Source: Chrysomallon squamiferum (Eukaryota; Animalia; Mollusca). Taken from it: a DNA stretch of 64,000 nt. Under the pieces are notes generated by a model that was given only the letters and a program-made list of their open reading frames with translations, was not told the origin of the DNA and ran no database searches. Location of the stretch: positions 6,820,001-6,884,000 of the forward strand of contig CM022666.1 of NCBI GenBank assembly GCA_012295275.1, given 5' to 3'. The position numbers were made by a program, and so were the translations under genes. Below are positions 31,336 through 45,060 of the stretch, one piece after another; within the stretch, counting starts at the first letter, position 1, and each line of letters begins with the position of its first letter.

Positions 31336-32351
31336 AACTAATTCAGTAAGTTTTTATATTAGACAACTACATTTCTGTGTTAATCATTTTAAAGTATAAA
31401 TTAGGTTAACTTATAAAAACTTCAACTTTTAGAAAATTACTTGTACTTTAATTATAACTTTTGTTAGTTAAAGGGAAATAACTATGGTGATGCATCCATG
31501 CACATTTCAACAATATAATTTCACTACTTAATTATCTATAAATGAAATACGATGAATTTGATTCTTTTATTTAAACAAATGAAAAAATCAAGGATTATTA
31601 TAATTTTTATTGTTTTTCTGTTAAAGGGAAATAACTGTGTTTGAAGTAATTTTTGTTTTGATTCCATATTCAGTAAAGAGTAATAAAATTTTTAAAAAAA
31701 AGAGAAAAAAAAACTAGTTATAAAAAATTAAATAGAGAAAGAAAGAAAGAAATGAATGACAGATTACAGTTAGTTTTACTAACTTTTTAAAAACATTTTC
31801 ATGTGTCTGTTAATACCAATTTTCTAAAAATATTTTTATCACATTAATAATAATAATAGTAATGATGATAATGAAAATAATAATGAATAATAATAATAAT
31901 ATACTTACCTACTTTTCATTTACCAGTACAGTAACAATAAATTTCATAACCAATAGCAACAACACATTATGATTCATATTTGCATTAATAAATTAGCTGT
32001 CCAGTTAATTAGGTAACTCAAAATATAACCTCTTCACTGAATGTACTGTGTCTGCTAAAGCAGTTGCTATAGTTACAGGTCATACTGTGACATCATTAGT
32101 TATATAGTAACCATCTTTACTGAATTTCATGTAGGCATTTAGGGAATGTTGAAAGATAAATCTCCTTTTTGGCCAAACTTACTAAGATCAGTCAAGTTCT
32201 ATTATTTTATTTTATTTATTTATTTATTTATTAGTATTATTATCATCATGATTATTATTATTATTATTTTTATTATTTTTATTATTATTATTAGAAGTAT
32301 TATTAAATAATCATCTTGAAAATGACAATGAGTACCAAATTACAAATTTAT

Positions 32352-32440
<89 letters not shown>

Positions 32441-32858
32441 AATCAATCTGACCCTCACCTCTCTTGCTACTCTCTCCCCAGCCAACAAAGTTACAATGAC
32501 AGATGTCTAAATTATAAAGACTGTAAAGGAATTTGCTTATTTAAGTTATGAATAACAGCATGTTAAAAACAAGAAGATGTTGTTTTTTTAAAGTAAAATC
32601 AGTGTCCCTTATTAGTCACAGCGACGTCTGTTTCAATGTTTGTTGTCGGATTCTTAATAACTTTATCTTAGGGTTTAACGCCTTCGTTTCAGGTATAGCT
32701 GATTGTCATAGTAATAAAATAATGATAGCTGCGTAAACATAGAAAGCAAAGCGCGAAACAATTAGCAATTAATATTTGAAATAACAGCAATGTTTTTTGT
32801 GTCATGTTTTGCTAATGTGAACGAAAATCTTAACGCTATACATTTAATTGACACTTAC

Positions 32859-32930
32859 AAGCTCGAAGAATGCTAAACACCTGCATAAACATTCGATACC
32901 GGAAGCTGTTAATTATCTCCCCTGAATGTA
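32859..32930 (-). promoter_or_regulatory. Candidate DIPK2A promoter and non-coding first exon
   Basis: Perfect donor CTT|gtaagt at 32858 on the minus strand, ETS core CCGGAAG at about 32899, local CpG enrichment; the DIPK2A ATG exon has an acceptor (ctactag|) at about 30986. Confidence 0.4.
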
Positions 32931-33836
32931 ATTTCTTCTTTATTACGTGGAGCTCCAGCACAACTTAATGCAAAGCGGTTACTGCTACTACTGCTCTCCT
33001 TTGTTTGCTTATTCATCTATTATTATTAATACCAACAATATGTAAGAACAATATCAACAACAATAGTAATATAATAATAATAACAATAATAACAGCAACA
33101 ACAATAATTATTGTTTTCATGTTTCTAAATGTTTTGTAAATGAGTTATTACAGATTTCTCTTTCCCAATTATTATTACTGTTATTATTATTGTCATTATT
33201 ATTGTTGTTGTTATTGTTGTTGTTGTTGCTAATACAATGTTTGTTTCATGTTCTAAAATGTTCTCCATTTCAGTGAAGTTATTGTAGGTTTCACTCTTTT
33301 TCAGTTATTATTGTTATTATTGTTGTTGTTGCTGCTATATAATCCATTCTGTATAGATAATTTGAGCTATAATTACAAAAGTCTGCAGATCATTTCCAAA
33401 ATACATTTATTTATTATAACTATTATTAAACTCTGCTTTCATTCTCCTTCAGTGAAATAGTACATTATTTCCCACTTATGATTTCTGACGTATTAAAGCG
33501 AAATTTGCTAATAATTCAAAAGCTGCTGGTCAGTGCTATCAAAAACGACAATCTTCGTGACAGGATTTGAATAAATATATGAATAATAAAGAGCAGACAG
33601 CAATCTGTCATTATTTCTGTCCAGACTTGATTCAGTGATTGTAGACTGATTGTGATTTATATTTGTGTGCGTGCTTTTTCTTTCTTTCTTTCTTTCTATT
33701 ATGGCTTTGTTTTCGTTTTTAGGGTTTTTATTCTGCAGTAGAAAAGAACTCTGAGAAATATATTCCTTATGCATTAGAAATTTGCTTAAATATTTTGATC
33801 TTATATGAAAATAATTTTTTTTCTTCGTCTTTCTTT

Positions 33837-33941
<105 letters not shown>

Positions 33942-34040
33942 TGTGTGTATGTAAAACAATGTTTGCTCAATTAACAGATTTACTGGTTTCAGTGAAGGGA
34001 AAAACGTGAACGTCTGTAAAAGTGACTTCTCAATAGATAA

Positions 34041-34076
<36 letters not shown>

Positions 34077-35175
34077 ATTAATTAACAGCTAATGATGGAT
34101 ATATCGCAGTATCGTTTCAGCTAAATGGGATCAGTTTGCTTATCTCCGCTTTAGCTGATGCTTTACCAAAGACTTCTACTTTTATTTAAAATGTGATAAC
34201 AGTAACAATCCATTTATTCTGAAACAAAACAACTGTTGTCGCAGTATCACCGAATGTACTGAGATGACGCTTTTCATATGTTCACAGACAAATGTACTGA
34301 TATATAGAAAAACAGAAACACATATATGTATTATTTACTTAAGAACGGCTCAAATAGCACCATTATCTGTAATTGCGATGACGTAATTTCTAACGTCGAT
34401 TTTGGCGCCTCTGATTTTTATTATTGATTATCGACGCCGAGGAAGTGGTGTGATTCAAAAAAATCTATACAGACTTAGTTGTTAAATGTCAAATGGAATG
34501 TTATGTCTTCGTTGGTATTATTTTGATCATTACTGGAGCGTAACAATGTGAAACTTAGTGAAACTTTATACCAGTGTATTTCTTACTCTCTACCTTTAAT
34601 AGTGACATAAGAATTCACTGTCGTTAGATCGTTCACAAGACGAAATAGGCATTTTTTTGTGATTGTTTTAAATATATATTTTTTATATACAAAGATTTTA
34701 TTTTTAAAATAGAAACGATATCCACTGAATGAATTCGTTAATGTTTACAGTTACGGTTTGAAGTCTACCGACATCGTTGCAATGAAAGACGTAACTAACT
34801 GACTTCAAAGACATCAGTTTTTGCCTCATTTTAAAACGAGTCCAGTTACGGCCATGGGATGGAAAGATGGATATAAAATATCCCTTGGTCCAGTAAAAAT
34901 AATTTAATTAATTAATCAGCTAATATTTAATGACGCGTTAAAATCGTTGTTGTTGTTGTTGTTGATGTTGATGTTATAAAAGTATTACTTGTTACAGTTT
35001 TCAATCAGAATTTTTTGTTATTTCGATTGATTTAATTCATTTTATTATTTTTTTTAATATATTATTATTGTTGTTGTTGTTGTTGTTATTATTATTATTT
35101 ATTTTTTATTTTATTTTATTTTATTTTAATTGTTAATTTCAAGAGAAAGTAAACTTAAAAAATATATTTAATTTA

Positions 35176-35206
<31 letters not shown>

Positions 35207-35213
35207 TTTATTT

Positions 35214-35252
<39 letters not shown>

Positions 35253-35484
35253 TTTTATTTTATTTTATTTTATTTTATTTTATTTTTTAATTTCAAGAAA
35301 AATTAAACTTAAAAAAGATATTTGTTAATTCTGTATGATATAAGATAAAATCTAGACACCCCACCCACCCATAAATCCTGCTTCGCTCTGGCCCTGAGTC
35401 TGTTCGAGGTCATTGACCCCATATCTTACTCAGAAAAGATAATTAAAAATTTACCATAAGTGCGCGGCAACTATTACCGTACAC

Positions 35485-36863
35485 CAGTGGTTCTCAAAGG
35501 GTGTACCCGGGCGTACTTGTGCTTAGGTATGCCCAACGAAATTCTAGGATCTAGATAGATATTTGTGATGATAAAAAATTGATTATGTTAAGAGCGGAAA
35601 GATATCTAGTAAGAAATAGCCGTAATTTACCAGTGACAGTATGAGTGATAGCGTGTGCAAGTGTGATAAATAGCCAAAGTTTTCTTGTGACACATATTCC
35701 TATCACTGTCACAGTCACTACCCATATAAGACTTTAATACTTTATTGAATTTTAGCCTGTTACATTTGTTAAAAGCAAACGATTGATAAAAGTTTTCCCT
35801 CGCTGCACAATGCACACCATAAAAAATATAGCTTTTGTATAGTTTTTTGACATTTTAACAGTCCATTGCTTTGTATTTCATATTACAATATTTTTGAAGA
35901 AATTTCCAAGACATGTCAGGCTCGTACTTCTCATCAGCACAAAACACATGATGAATAAACGTATATACTCACACAAGGGCTTTAACTAAATATATCAGTG
36001 AGCATCTCTCACACAAGGGCGGTAACTCTAAATATATCAGTGAACACCTCTCACACAAGGGCGGTAACTCTAAATATATCAGTGAACACCTCTCACACAA
36101 GGGCGGTAACTCTAAATATATCAGTGAACACCTCTCACAAAGGGCTATGTGTGAACATCTCTCAAATATCTAAATATATCAGTGGACATCTCTCAGGGCG
36201 GCAACTTTAAAGATATGTGTGAACATCTCTCACACAAGGGCGGTAATTCTAAATATATCAGTGAACATCTCTCACACAAGGGCGGTGATTCTAAATATAT
36301 CAGTGAACATCTCTCACACAAGGGCGGTAACTCTAAATATATCAGTAAACATCTCTCACACAAGGGCGGTAACTCTAAATATATCAGTGAACATCTCTAA
36401 ATAACTAAATATATCAGTGAACATCTCTCACACAAGGGCGGTAACTCTAAATATATCAGTGGACATCTCTCACACAAGGGCGGTAACTCTAAATAAAGCA
36501 GTGAACATCTCTCACACAAGGGCGGTAACTCTAAATATACCAGTAAACATCTCTCACACAAGGGCGGTGATTCTAAATATATCAGTGAACATCTCTCACA
36601 GAAGAAAAACAAACGGTACAGATTCCAGACGAGAACCGTTTATACGTGAAATGATGAAGAATCTGACATAAATGAAGATAGTGAGGATAGACAACCTCGG
36701 CACCCTCCTATGCAACCGATTCAGCCGCAATATCCTTCTTTCAGTTATTTCTGTATTGTTTTACATTTTGCGTTATATTTCTTAGCATTTTGTGTGATGA
36801 GTGCCCGCAATGTTTTGTAAGGCTTTAAGTATGCCCCGACTTCAAAAAGTTTGAGAACCACTT
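35485..36863. mobile_element. Non-autonomous hAT (Charlie-like) DNA transposon, about 1.38 kb, with an internal minisatellite
   Basis: Left end CAGTGGTTCTCAAA (35485) and right end TTTGAGAACCACT (36850-36862) are inverted repeats typical of hAT-Charlie TIRs. Subterminal inverted similarity: cgggcgtactt / aagtatgcccc. The 8-bp left flank CCGTACAC survives only partly on the right (TACAG). Confidence 0.7.
35965..36600. repeat. 42-bp minisatellite, about 14-15 copies (GTGAACATCTCTCACACAAGGGCGGTAACTCTAAATATATCA)
   Basis: Direct tandem copies with a few truncated units; they produce the repetitive ORFs NISHTRAVTLNISV. Confidence 0.95.
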
Positions 36864-37417
36864 ACAGCTAAAAATATGCTCTAATCGGAAACTGGTTCAC
36901 ACACATGCGCAAACATGCTCTATAAATATAGCGAACTTTGTTATCTCTTTAATATGATCGACATTCACGTCTGCTATTTTCAGTCTGGCAGTCAGACAAA
37001 TCTGTGACGTCAAGGCTATGGCGGCTGTTTGACACAAATATCCGTTACTCTCTTTGATATTTGAATCACTGAATTGCTGACAAGCATATTTTAAAATTAT
37101 CAGAACGTAAACTTCGTGTCTGACTTTTCAGATGGGTTCAAAAAGTTTGGTTTTAAATGTCGCCAAATAAACAACTACCCACACATTTTGAAGTATCTAG
37201 TTTTTAACAGTGTGCGGTTTGATTGCAAATGTAAATATTTTTCAGGGGAGGGACAACGTTTGAGAAAAGGTGTAGGACTGCCGTACCAGATGCGAATATA
37301 AGTTTAAAATGAATGAATTTGATTATCAAAAAATATTTAAAAGAAGGAAGAGAGAATAAATGGTAAATAAAATGAAAATAAACTAAACTAATAATTTAAA
37401 AAATAAAATATAAAATG

Positions 37418-37451
<34 letters not shown>

Positions 37452-38789
37452 ATACATACATACATACATACATACATACATACATACATACATACATACA
37501 AACATACATACATACATACATACATACATACATACATGCATACATAAATATATAAAATAAAATATAAAAAAAAAAAAATAAATATTAATAATAATAATAA
37601 TCAAGAAGCAAAATGCACACAGTAAATAAACAACCGGGGGATAAAGGGGCGGTACTTCCTACAGCCCCCTGAATCCGTGGTTAATTTGAACTCAAGTTGT
37701 TTAGTTGGGTGACGTAACTAGACCATTGACACGAAATGTAACCTACGTAACGGATACATAAACAAAGGGACCGTATCATGTATCGCTTCTGAATCTAAAG
37801 ATAGAATAATTTAAATACAGCTGACATCACAGTGTCACAGTGTTTTTCTTTTTTTTTTATTCTTTTTTTTTTTTTTTTTAAATTAATAATAGTGACAACA
37901 AATTATTCCAAAATCCTCCATTTTTAATATTTCGTGAAATTAATTTTGTTATTGTTAAGTATTAATTTACCTGTTTTTTTTATAACTGCAATACAGAGCT
38001 ATGCTAGACTGTTATTTAAATAAATTCTGGGTTTGCAGCTCTGTTCACTAATGTGAATTCATTTAACTGGCAGACTTCTTTATAGCGTATCCGCCAACCT
38101 TGTTTATCGCCAAAAACTTTCTTCAGTTGCGATCGTCTGTATTTATTTATTTTAAATGCACGTGCATTTACCAAATTTACCGCAACCTTCACCGTCTACA
38201 TCTTCCAACGTTTCGGGAGACACGCTCAATGCAAAAAATAAAAATACCGATAAAACATCAAACGATGTTGTTTGTCAGCTCAAATCATCAAGCGAAACAA
38301 AGTTTCAGTCGGTATCGTATTTTATTAATAAAACATGTCTTTTTTTTTTTTTTTTTTGTATGCACACTTAGTTTTGAAATCTTCAAAGGAAATGAATTTT
38401 GCATGGAAGTAGAAAATATGTTTTTACGTTTGAACTCTGCATTCTTTTTTTTTTGTTGTAATTCTCAGAGTTAAACGGGTAGGAACTCGGGTATTTTGTG
38501 GTCAGTACTGGGGTTTGATGCGTGTAGAAATCAATTGGTGGAAATCATTAAATACATTTATTATTATTATATATATTATTGTAAGGTAGGCCATTTTTTT
38601 TTTTTTTTTTTTAAAGCATAAATTATCCATCTTTTTTCTCACCGAACACATATGTACATCTTGAAATCTCATTCTCTCATAAACAAACATGCACGAATCC
38701 ATATATATAAACATCATTATTTCCACCGAATTTATGTGCAGCAGATGTGTTAACAACAAAACAGATTCAGTTGATGTTTTCACGTTTTA

Positions 38790-38825
<36 letters not shown>

Positions 38826-39385
38826 AAATGTATTCATAACAAAACAAATGTCAATTGTGGTTTTCAAAAGTAAACAAATACATTTTTTGAAAAAGCAAAT
38901 AAATAATTAAATATCCCTTTTAAAAAAATAATCATAAACATTATCTTTCTCTATATTTGTTTCTTTCTCTCTCACACTCTCTGTCTCTCGTTCTGTCTTT
39001 CTCTCATTCACAAAAGATCGACCCACAGGTGAAATAATTTTAAAAATTAATTATAAAATAAATACCCCAAGATGATGTCAATAATAATAAGTATTCAGCA
39101 GTACATGTAGAAGAAAATATGTCGTGTTCTTTGCTATTCAAATTGTTAATTAGTATTTCTGAGATCTTTTCGTCACAGAACGCTAGAACTGCCATTTACG
39201 ACTGCTAGTGTGTCACGTGATCAGTTGTAGATTTCAAATACGTCTGCTTCTTTGTTCAGTGATTACGTTTTAAAAATATTTGTAATTTTTATTTTTATTG
39301 TTATTATTATTATTTTTTTTTTTTTGAACGAATGCATACGAAGTTTTCCGAGTGTTATATCCGGAACGTTACGAAGACTAAAACA

Positions 39386-39552
39386 TCACCTTTCCTCCAG
39401 TGACACAATATCGTTTGAAAGGTCGTCTTTCGAGACGGCGCTATTTTGTTCTATTATTAATGTCCTGTTTCTTTCTATCACCGTTTTTTCATGGAACGAC
39501 TGGGAAAGTGCACAGCTCAGTGCTAGAACGCTGGAGAGAAAATATAGAGACC
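39386..39552 (-). CDS. SLC16-family transporter last coding exon (TM12 and tail)
   Basis: gttttcag| then GSLYFLSSVLALSCAL...SLEER and TGA. Confidence 0.82.
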
Positions 39553-39809
39553 CTGAAAACACAAAACAAAAACCAGTTATATGAGACACGCATCAAAGAT
39601 CGTGGTTGTTTACATGTCTGTTCACGCACTTACACACACACACACGCACACATATTCAACCATGTATATACATGCATAAATTTAGTATTGGCTAAATGCA
39701 TAACAATTTAAAATAAAGAATAGAACTCAAATTTATTAATCGCTTCTAAAATCTTTAAAATTAGAATACTCAGGAAAATATATATATATATATTTTTTAT
39801 TTATTTATA

Positions 39810-39850
<41 letters not shown>

Positions 39851-42706
39851 TTAAAGAATAGAGGGACAAATTAATGCAGTTCTTAATACACTTAAAATTC
39901 TTACAATACCTCTAATCAGTACCATGTATAATAATAAATAAAATTAAAATTAAAAAATAAGGAACATGATTTTATTTAACAGTTACTCAGTCACTTAGTG
40001 TGAGAGTCTCATTTGTACACAGCAACAGTTAAACTGACGTCACATAACGCGAACGTCACAGAAACCAAAACAAATCACTACAATGCGCCAAATTTAAATG
40101 TACTCGGTTTAAAAAGAAGAAGAAGAAGAAGGTTAAAAGCCTGTTTTCTCGATTTTCCCGATTGCTAGAAGCAGGTTAAATGGTTCGGTATCTAAGATTA
40201 CGCTCAAGTTTATTTAGATAAATTAAGATAGAAAACTTCAGTGAAATGGCTGGCTCATTTTAAATTATATCTCTTAAAATTTGAATACAAATTTGAATAA
40301 AAGATACAAACCAGCGAAAAGATAACTTTTCGAATACGAGCCAGTGGCGTCCACAATCATTCCTGAAAAAAACATAACAAGAAACTAGAAATTTAAATAA
40401 GATCGGCAATTAAAATCTTAGAAACATAATTTTTAGATACATACACATGCACATGCATATAATAACATACAAAGAAAAAGACTGATATATATATATATAT
40501 ATACATACATAATAAACGAACGCACACACACACACACAGACACACGTGCACTCATTACCTGCTATGGGCGCTCCACTCAAGTACCCAACGCCCGCCATAA
40601 GCATAACGAAACCAAAACCCGTTGCTAAGTGAGGCAAGCCTAGCAACTCCACCGTTATAGGGCTCATCAGACTGTTCGCTCCACTGATGTATAAACCCAG
40701 TCCAATGACGAAGAGCACCTGTCCCACGTGAGAGTGAGAATAGTAAGGAAACGTCACAGTCAAAATGGCGGCCAGTCCCATCTGACCGCTCAGCAACGTG
40801 AGGCCGCTGATGTTTTCGTCGTTGGCGGCGTAGCCGGTGAGCAGTCTGGAGGGGATGTTTGCCAGTCCCATGGCCATGTACAGAGACGCGGCGTGCTGTT
40901 TTGAGAATCCAATCTGCTGAATGTAGTTCGGGAACAGGACGAGCGTGGCAGCCTCGCCGGCGTTCCAGGCCGCTATGCTGAAAATAAAACAAACGAACGA
41001 TCCCTTAGTGAAAGTGCTGAAACATTCCGAGGCGCGCGAGTTTTTTTTTTTAATTTTCGTCTTGACGTCACACGACTGTTTGACGTTATTCTTATGATCA
41101 GCGATGACGTCGCCGTTGGATTCGTATAATTTCACCTTCCCTAGCAACGAATCGCGACCTTTCGTGCCGTTTTCTTCCAGTCTCTGACAGTCGCCATTTT
41201 CTTGTGCGCTGTTCCCCTCGCTGTTTTCAGTCGTCGGCAAGAAACTCTGGCTCTCCAGTTTTTCTCGCGTGCTTCCCTGGTCTTTGACCTTGTCCTGAGC
41301 GAAAGTTTTAGTTCTCGCCTTTTCTAGAAACGATCTGTGATCGGTCTTTCTGCAACAAAAACTCAACAGATGTCGTTTGTCACTCGTAGACTTTCTGTTT
41401 CTCGTCTTCGCCATTTTGGTTTTGTTCACGTTGATTTCCACCGGCGAAATCCTCATCAGTAAACCGATAGCACAGAAGTGGGACAGCACCGCACCCATGA
41501 TGAGAAATGTACCGCTGAGGCCGTAGTTGTCAAGGACCAGTCTAACGAGGGGCGGTCCTGTAATCATCCCCAGGCCCCCACCGGCCACAGTGACCCCAGA
41601 GGCGAAAGGCCTCAAACGATGAAAATAATGTCCTACAACAACCAGAGACGGGATGTAGCCGAGACCCAAACCAAAACCTGTTGATGTAAACAATGAAAAT
41701 GATGTTTTAAAATATTCCAATAAGAATGAAGAGTACATTATTCATAAAAAGACAATGAAATAGATTTGAATGTATTTACAGTCCTGCAAAAAGTAGTCAT
41801 ATATATATATATATATATATATATATTTCTGTATCGTTTCTAAATTTTAAAACATGTTTAATTGTTTTTCTCGAGTCTTTTCTTTACTGCTTATAAAATA
41901 TGGTTGCGTACCTTGTCACGTTTATTATTATTATTATAATTAATATTATCATCATCATCATCATCTATCGTCGTTGTCATTATTATTATTATTATTATTA
42001 TTATTACTAAACTTTGATCAAGTTTCTCCGATTTGAAATAGGTTTTTAAAAGAAAGTTCGTAGAATTTTCAAATTTAGAAAAACTAAATATGTTAGTTAG
42101 TTGCCTAGATCGATAGGAGAAGTGCATAGAATAGGACACAAAGCGAAAAATCAGACTGTTTATACCAACAAGAACTCCAAACGTTAGAAGAACCATGTTC
42201 AAACTCGCTGAAACGGAAGCGCCCGCCATTCCTATTACGCAGAGAATTCCTCCGATGAAAGTGGCGGTCCGACATCCGATTCTGTTAATAATCAAGCCAA
42301 CCACAGGACCTGAAACACAGATATAAGTGTTGTTGTTGTGTGTGTGTATGTAGTATGTATGTGTGCCTGTATGTATGTATGTATGTATGTGTGTATGTGT
42401 ATTTATAGATGTATGTATATGTGTATATATGTATATGTATATGTGTATGTATGTATGTGTGTATGTATTTATAGATGTATGTATATGTGTATATATGTAT
42501 ATGTGTATGTATGTATGTATGTATGTCTGCATGTGTAGGGTATGTATGTATGTATGTATTTATATATGTATGTATGTATGTATGTATTTATAGATGTATG
42601 TATATGTTTATATGTATATGTATATATATATATGTATATATGTATGTATGTATGTATGTATGTGTATATGTATTTATATATGCATGTATGTATGTATGTA
42701 TGTATT

Positions 42707-42738
<32 letters not shown>

Positions 42739-42959
42739 TGTATGTATGTATATATATATGTATATATATGTATGCATATATGTATGTTTGTATGTATGTA
42801 TGGATGCATATACGTTTGCTTTCCCATACACATTTATATATAAAAATACTTCTTTTGGTATTTATTTATTATCATTATCATGTAATTAAATTAATCACCT
42901 GAATTCTTAGAAATCTACTTCCCATTATTTTTCTCATTCTTAATTCAATTTACATTATT

Positions 42960-43004
<45 letters not shown>

Positions 43005-43364
43005 TTTTTTTTTTTTTTTTTTTTTTTGAAAAGAAAAAAAAAAAAAAAAAAAGTTTTTAAAAAATAGAAAGAAAAGAAAAAGAAAGAAAGAAAGAAAAAC
43101 AAGCTCCAGGCGGACGAAAGCGGGCAACATCGTCGTTTTTTTGTCGTTGCACGTGACGCGTTTCTTACCCGCCATGCATTCCACCGCAATAACCAGCGAC
43201 CCGACCGCAGACGTCTTCGCGATGTCCTCACCGTACACGTCGAGCATGGCGCTGGTGAGGACGCCGATGGAGTAGCACATGAAGCCGTTGAGGAAGACTG
43301 CTAGGAACGTGCCGAACAGCACGACCCACGCCCATCCGCCGTCTACGTCCCTGCTGTCAGACAT
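39386..43364 (-). CDS. Monocarboxylate transporter family protein (SLC16/MCT, MFS), complete, 558 aa; exons 43169-43364, 42166-42309, 40559-41677, 40312-40362, 39386-39552
   Basis: N-terminal SLC16 signature DGGWAWVV, GPVVGLIINRIGCR, G.GLGLGYIPSLVVVGHYF.RLRP.ASG, a large hydrophilic TM6-7 loop, and GAPIAG|MIVDATGSY. Exon lengths 196+144+1119+51+167=1677 nt; all introns GT-AG, phase 1; no frameshift. Confidence 0.93.
40312..40362 (-). CDS. SLC16-family transporter coding exon 4
   Basis: 51 nt, GMIVDATGSYSKSYLFA; tttttttcag| ... G|gtttgt; matches the conserved G.L.D.TGSY motif. Confidence 0.85.
40559..41677 (-). CDS. SLC16-family transporter coding exon 3
   Basis: 1119 nt within ORF 40410-41738; caacag| ... 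G|gtaatg. Confidence 0.92.
42166..42309 (-). CDS. SLC16-family transporter coding exon 2
   Basis: 144 nt, GPVVGLIINRIGCRTATFIGGILCVIGMAGASVSASLNMVLLTFGVLV; tttcag| ... G|gtataa. Confidence 0.9.
42338..42812. repeat. (TATG)n/(TA)n compound microsatellite in an SLC16 intron
   Basis: Direct reading. Confidence 0.95.
43169..43364 (-). CDS. SLC16-family transporter coding exon 1
   Basis: MSDSRDVDGGWAWVV...ECMAG; in-frame TGA just upstream of the ATG; acceptor tttgcag| at 43395 implies an upstream UTR exon; donor G|gtaaga. Confidence 0.9.
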
Positions 43365-44446
43365 CGTTCACAACGGGAAGACGAAATACTGTGTCTGCAA
43401 ATGTGAGACAAATAAAATGTGAGTGATTACTTCGTGAACGTCTCCTTGGCCCTGTAAGACAATAAATTTTGACCGTCCCCTCAAATAAAAAGAAATAAAA
43501 GAAAACAACAACAACAACAATAATAATAATAATAATAAATAAATAAAAGAGAAAAAGATAAAAAGAAACATAAAAAGGAAGAAAAATAATGTCAACGCTC
43601 GATGAATTAAGTTTATTATGTGATGTATGACGTGTTGTCGTAGCAGTCACCGTTTTGTTATCATTTTGCGCATGCGTGTGAAAAATTATTTGCCAAAATC
43701 CAATTTTCTAAAATAATACGTATTCTTCACTTAAAAGTTTGAGTCACTGTTTATTTAGAACTTAGTATTACATTATTGTTACGTCATGGACTTTAATGAC
43801 ATCATAGTTACAGTTTTCTCTGTAGTGACTTAACAAAACAAAACACTCTCTCGGTTAAATATTATAAAAATGTAAATTCAATAGAAAGAAAACTTCAGTT
43901 AATACGTCATTCAAATAAACACGATAGCAGCTGAGTTCTCCTGCAATGCAAGATGGCGTATTTGTATAGATTCCCATTCATTTTTTTCTGGTTCACGGAG
44001 CTTTGGTATTTATACTGAATCTATCAAAACCATAAATCCGACACTATATTACAGTAATATCCACGAATAGATAAAAAAAAGATAACTCCTATATACACGT
44101 TCCTTTCTTTGCAATTTACAGTCAAATCTCATACTTGATACATAGATTACGGATGCTATATAAAAAGGATTCACAACAAATCACAAATCACTCTAGCGAA
44201 AGAATCCTTAACTAAAATCTTTGCTGTCTAGCTATCCACCATTATAATCACTGAATAATACTAAAGTACGCCTGTTGTGTATTCGAGGCAGATTTCTTAG
44301 GTTTCATAAATGTATTAATAATAATAATAATAATAATAATTACATACATACAGACAAACGCACTCGAACACACATACACGCACACTATATACATAGATAT
44401 ATGTAATATATGTATGGATATGTGTGCATGTATAAATATGTGTGTT

Positions 44447-44593
<147 letters not shown>

Positions 44594-44870
44594 GTATATG
44601 TACAAACACATACATATAAACACACAAGAATAATTTTAAACGAATACATACATGAAACAAACGTCCGCTATAAACGAAAACACACACTGTTTAGAAACAT
44701 ATGACTAGTTTCTTTTAACCTGTCTTTTTTTTCTTCTTCTTTCTCCAAAAATGTGCTACAAATGACCCGAGGTCACTAGAGAGAGCCAGTGTCTGACATC
44801 TGGTGTGGATAATAAACTGACAGAACAGATACGTCTGCAGTCTCTTTGTGTGTCGTCCACTCGCCCTTAC

Positions 44871-45060
44871 CTCGGTCTGTGTGGTACGGCACAGTTTCTG
44901 CACCCGTGAGTCTACGGTAACTTATCCTGGGCAGATCATGCTTTAGATTAGACAAGGGAAGGGGGCAGGGGCGGGTGCGGTGTGCGGCGGGTGGTGGTGT
45001 TGGGGTGGGGGGTAGGGCTCGGGTTTCCGAAGCAATATAAATCTGAGGTTATAAATTTGA
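44871..45060 (-). promoter_or_regulatory. Candidate SLC16 promoter and 5' UTR exon
   Basis: Donor GAG|gtaagg at 44870; GC box GGGGCGGG at 44968; G-rich tracts in an otherwise AT-rich background. Confidence 0.4.

Noticed and set aside
35600-35960. Transposase remnants inside the hAT-like element
   Set aside because: Short peptides (KLYKSYIFYG, CALCSE) only vaguely resemble hAT N-termini; no sustained frame.
35965-36671. Repetitive ORFs (NISHTRAVTLNISV; LPPLCERCSL, zinc-finger-like) or a CRISPR array
   Set aside because: Open frames follow from a 42-bp unit; they are broken by truncated units, lack splice signals and spacers, and lie inside a TIR element.
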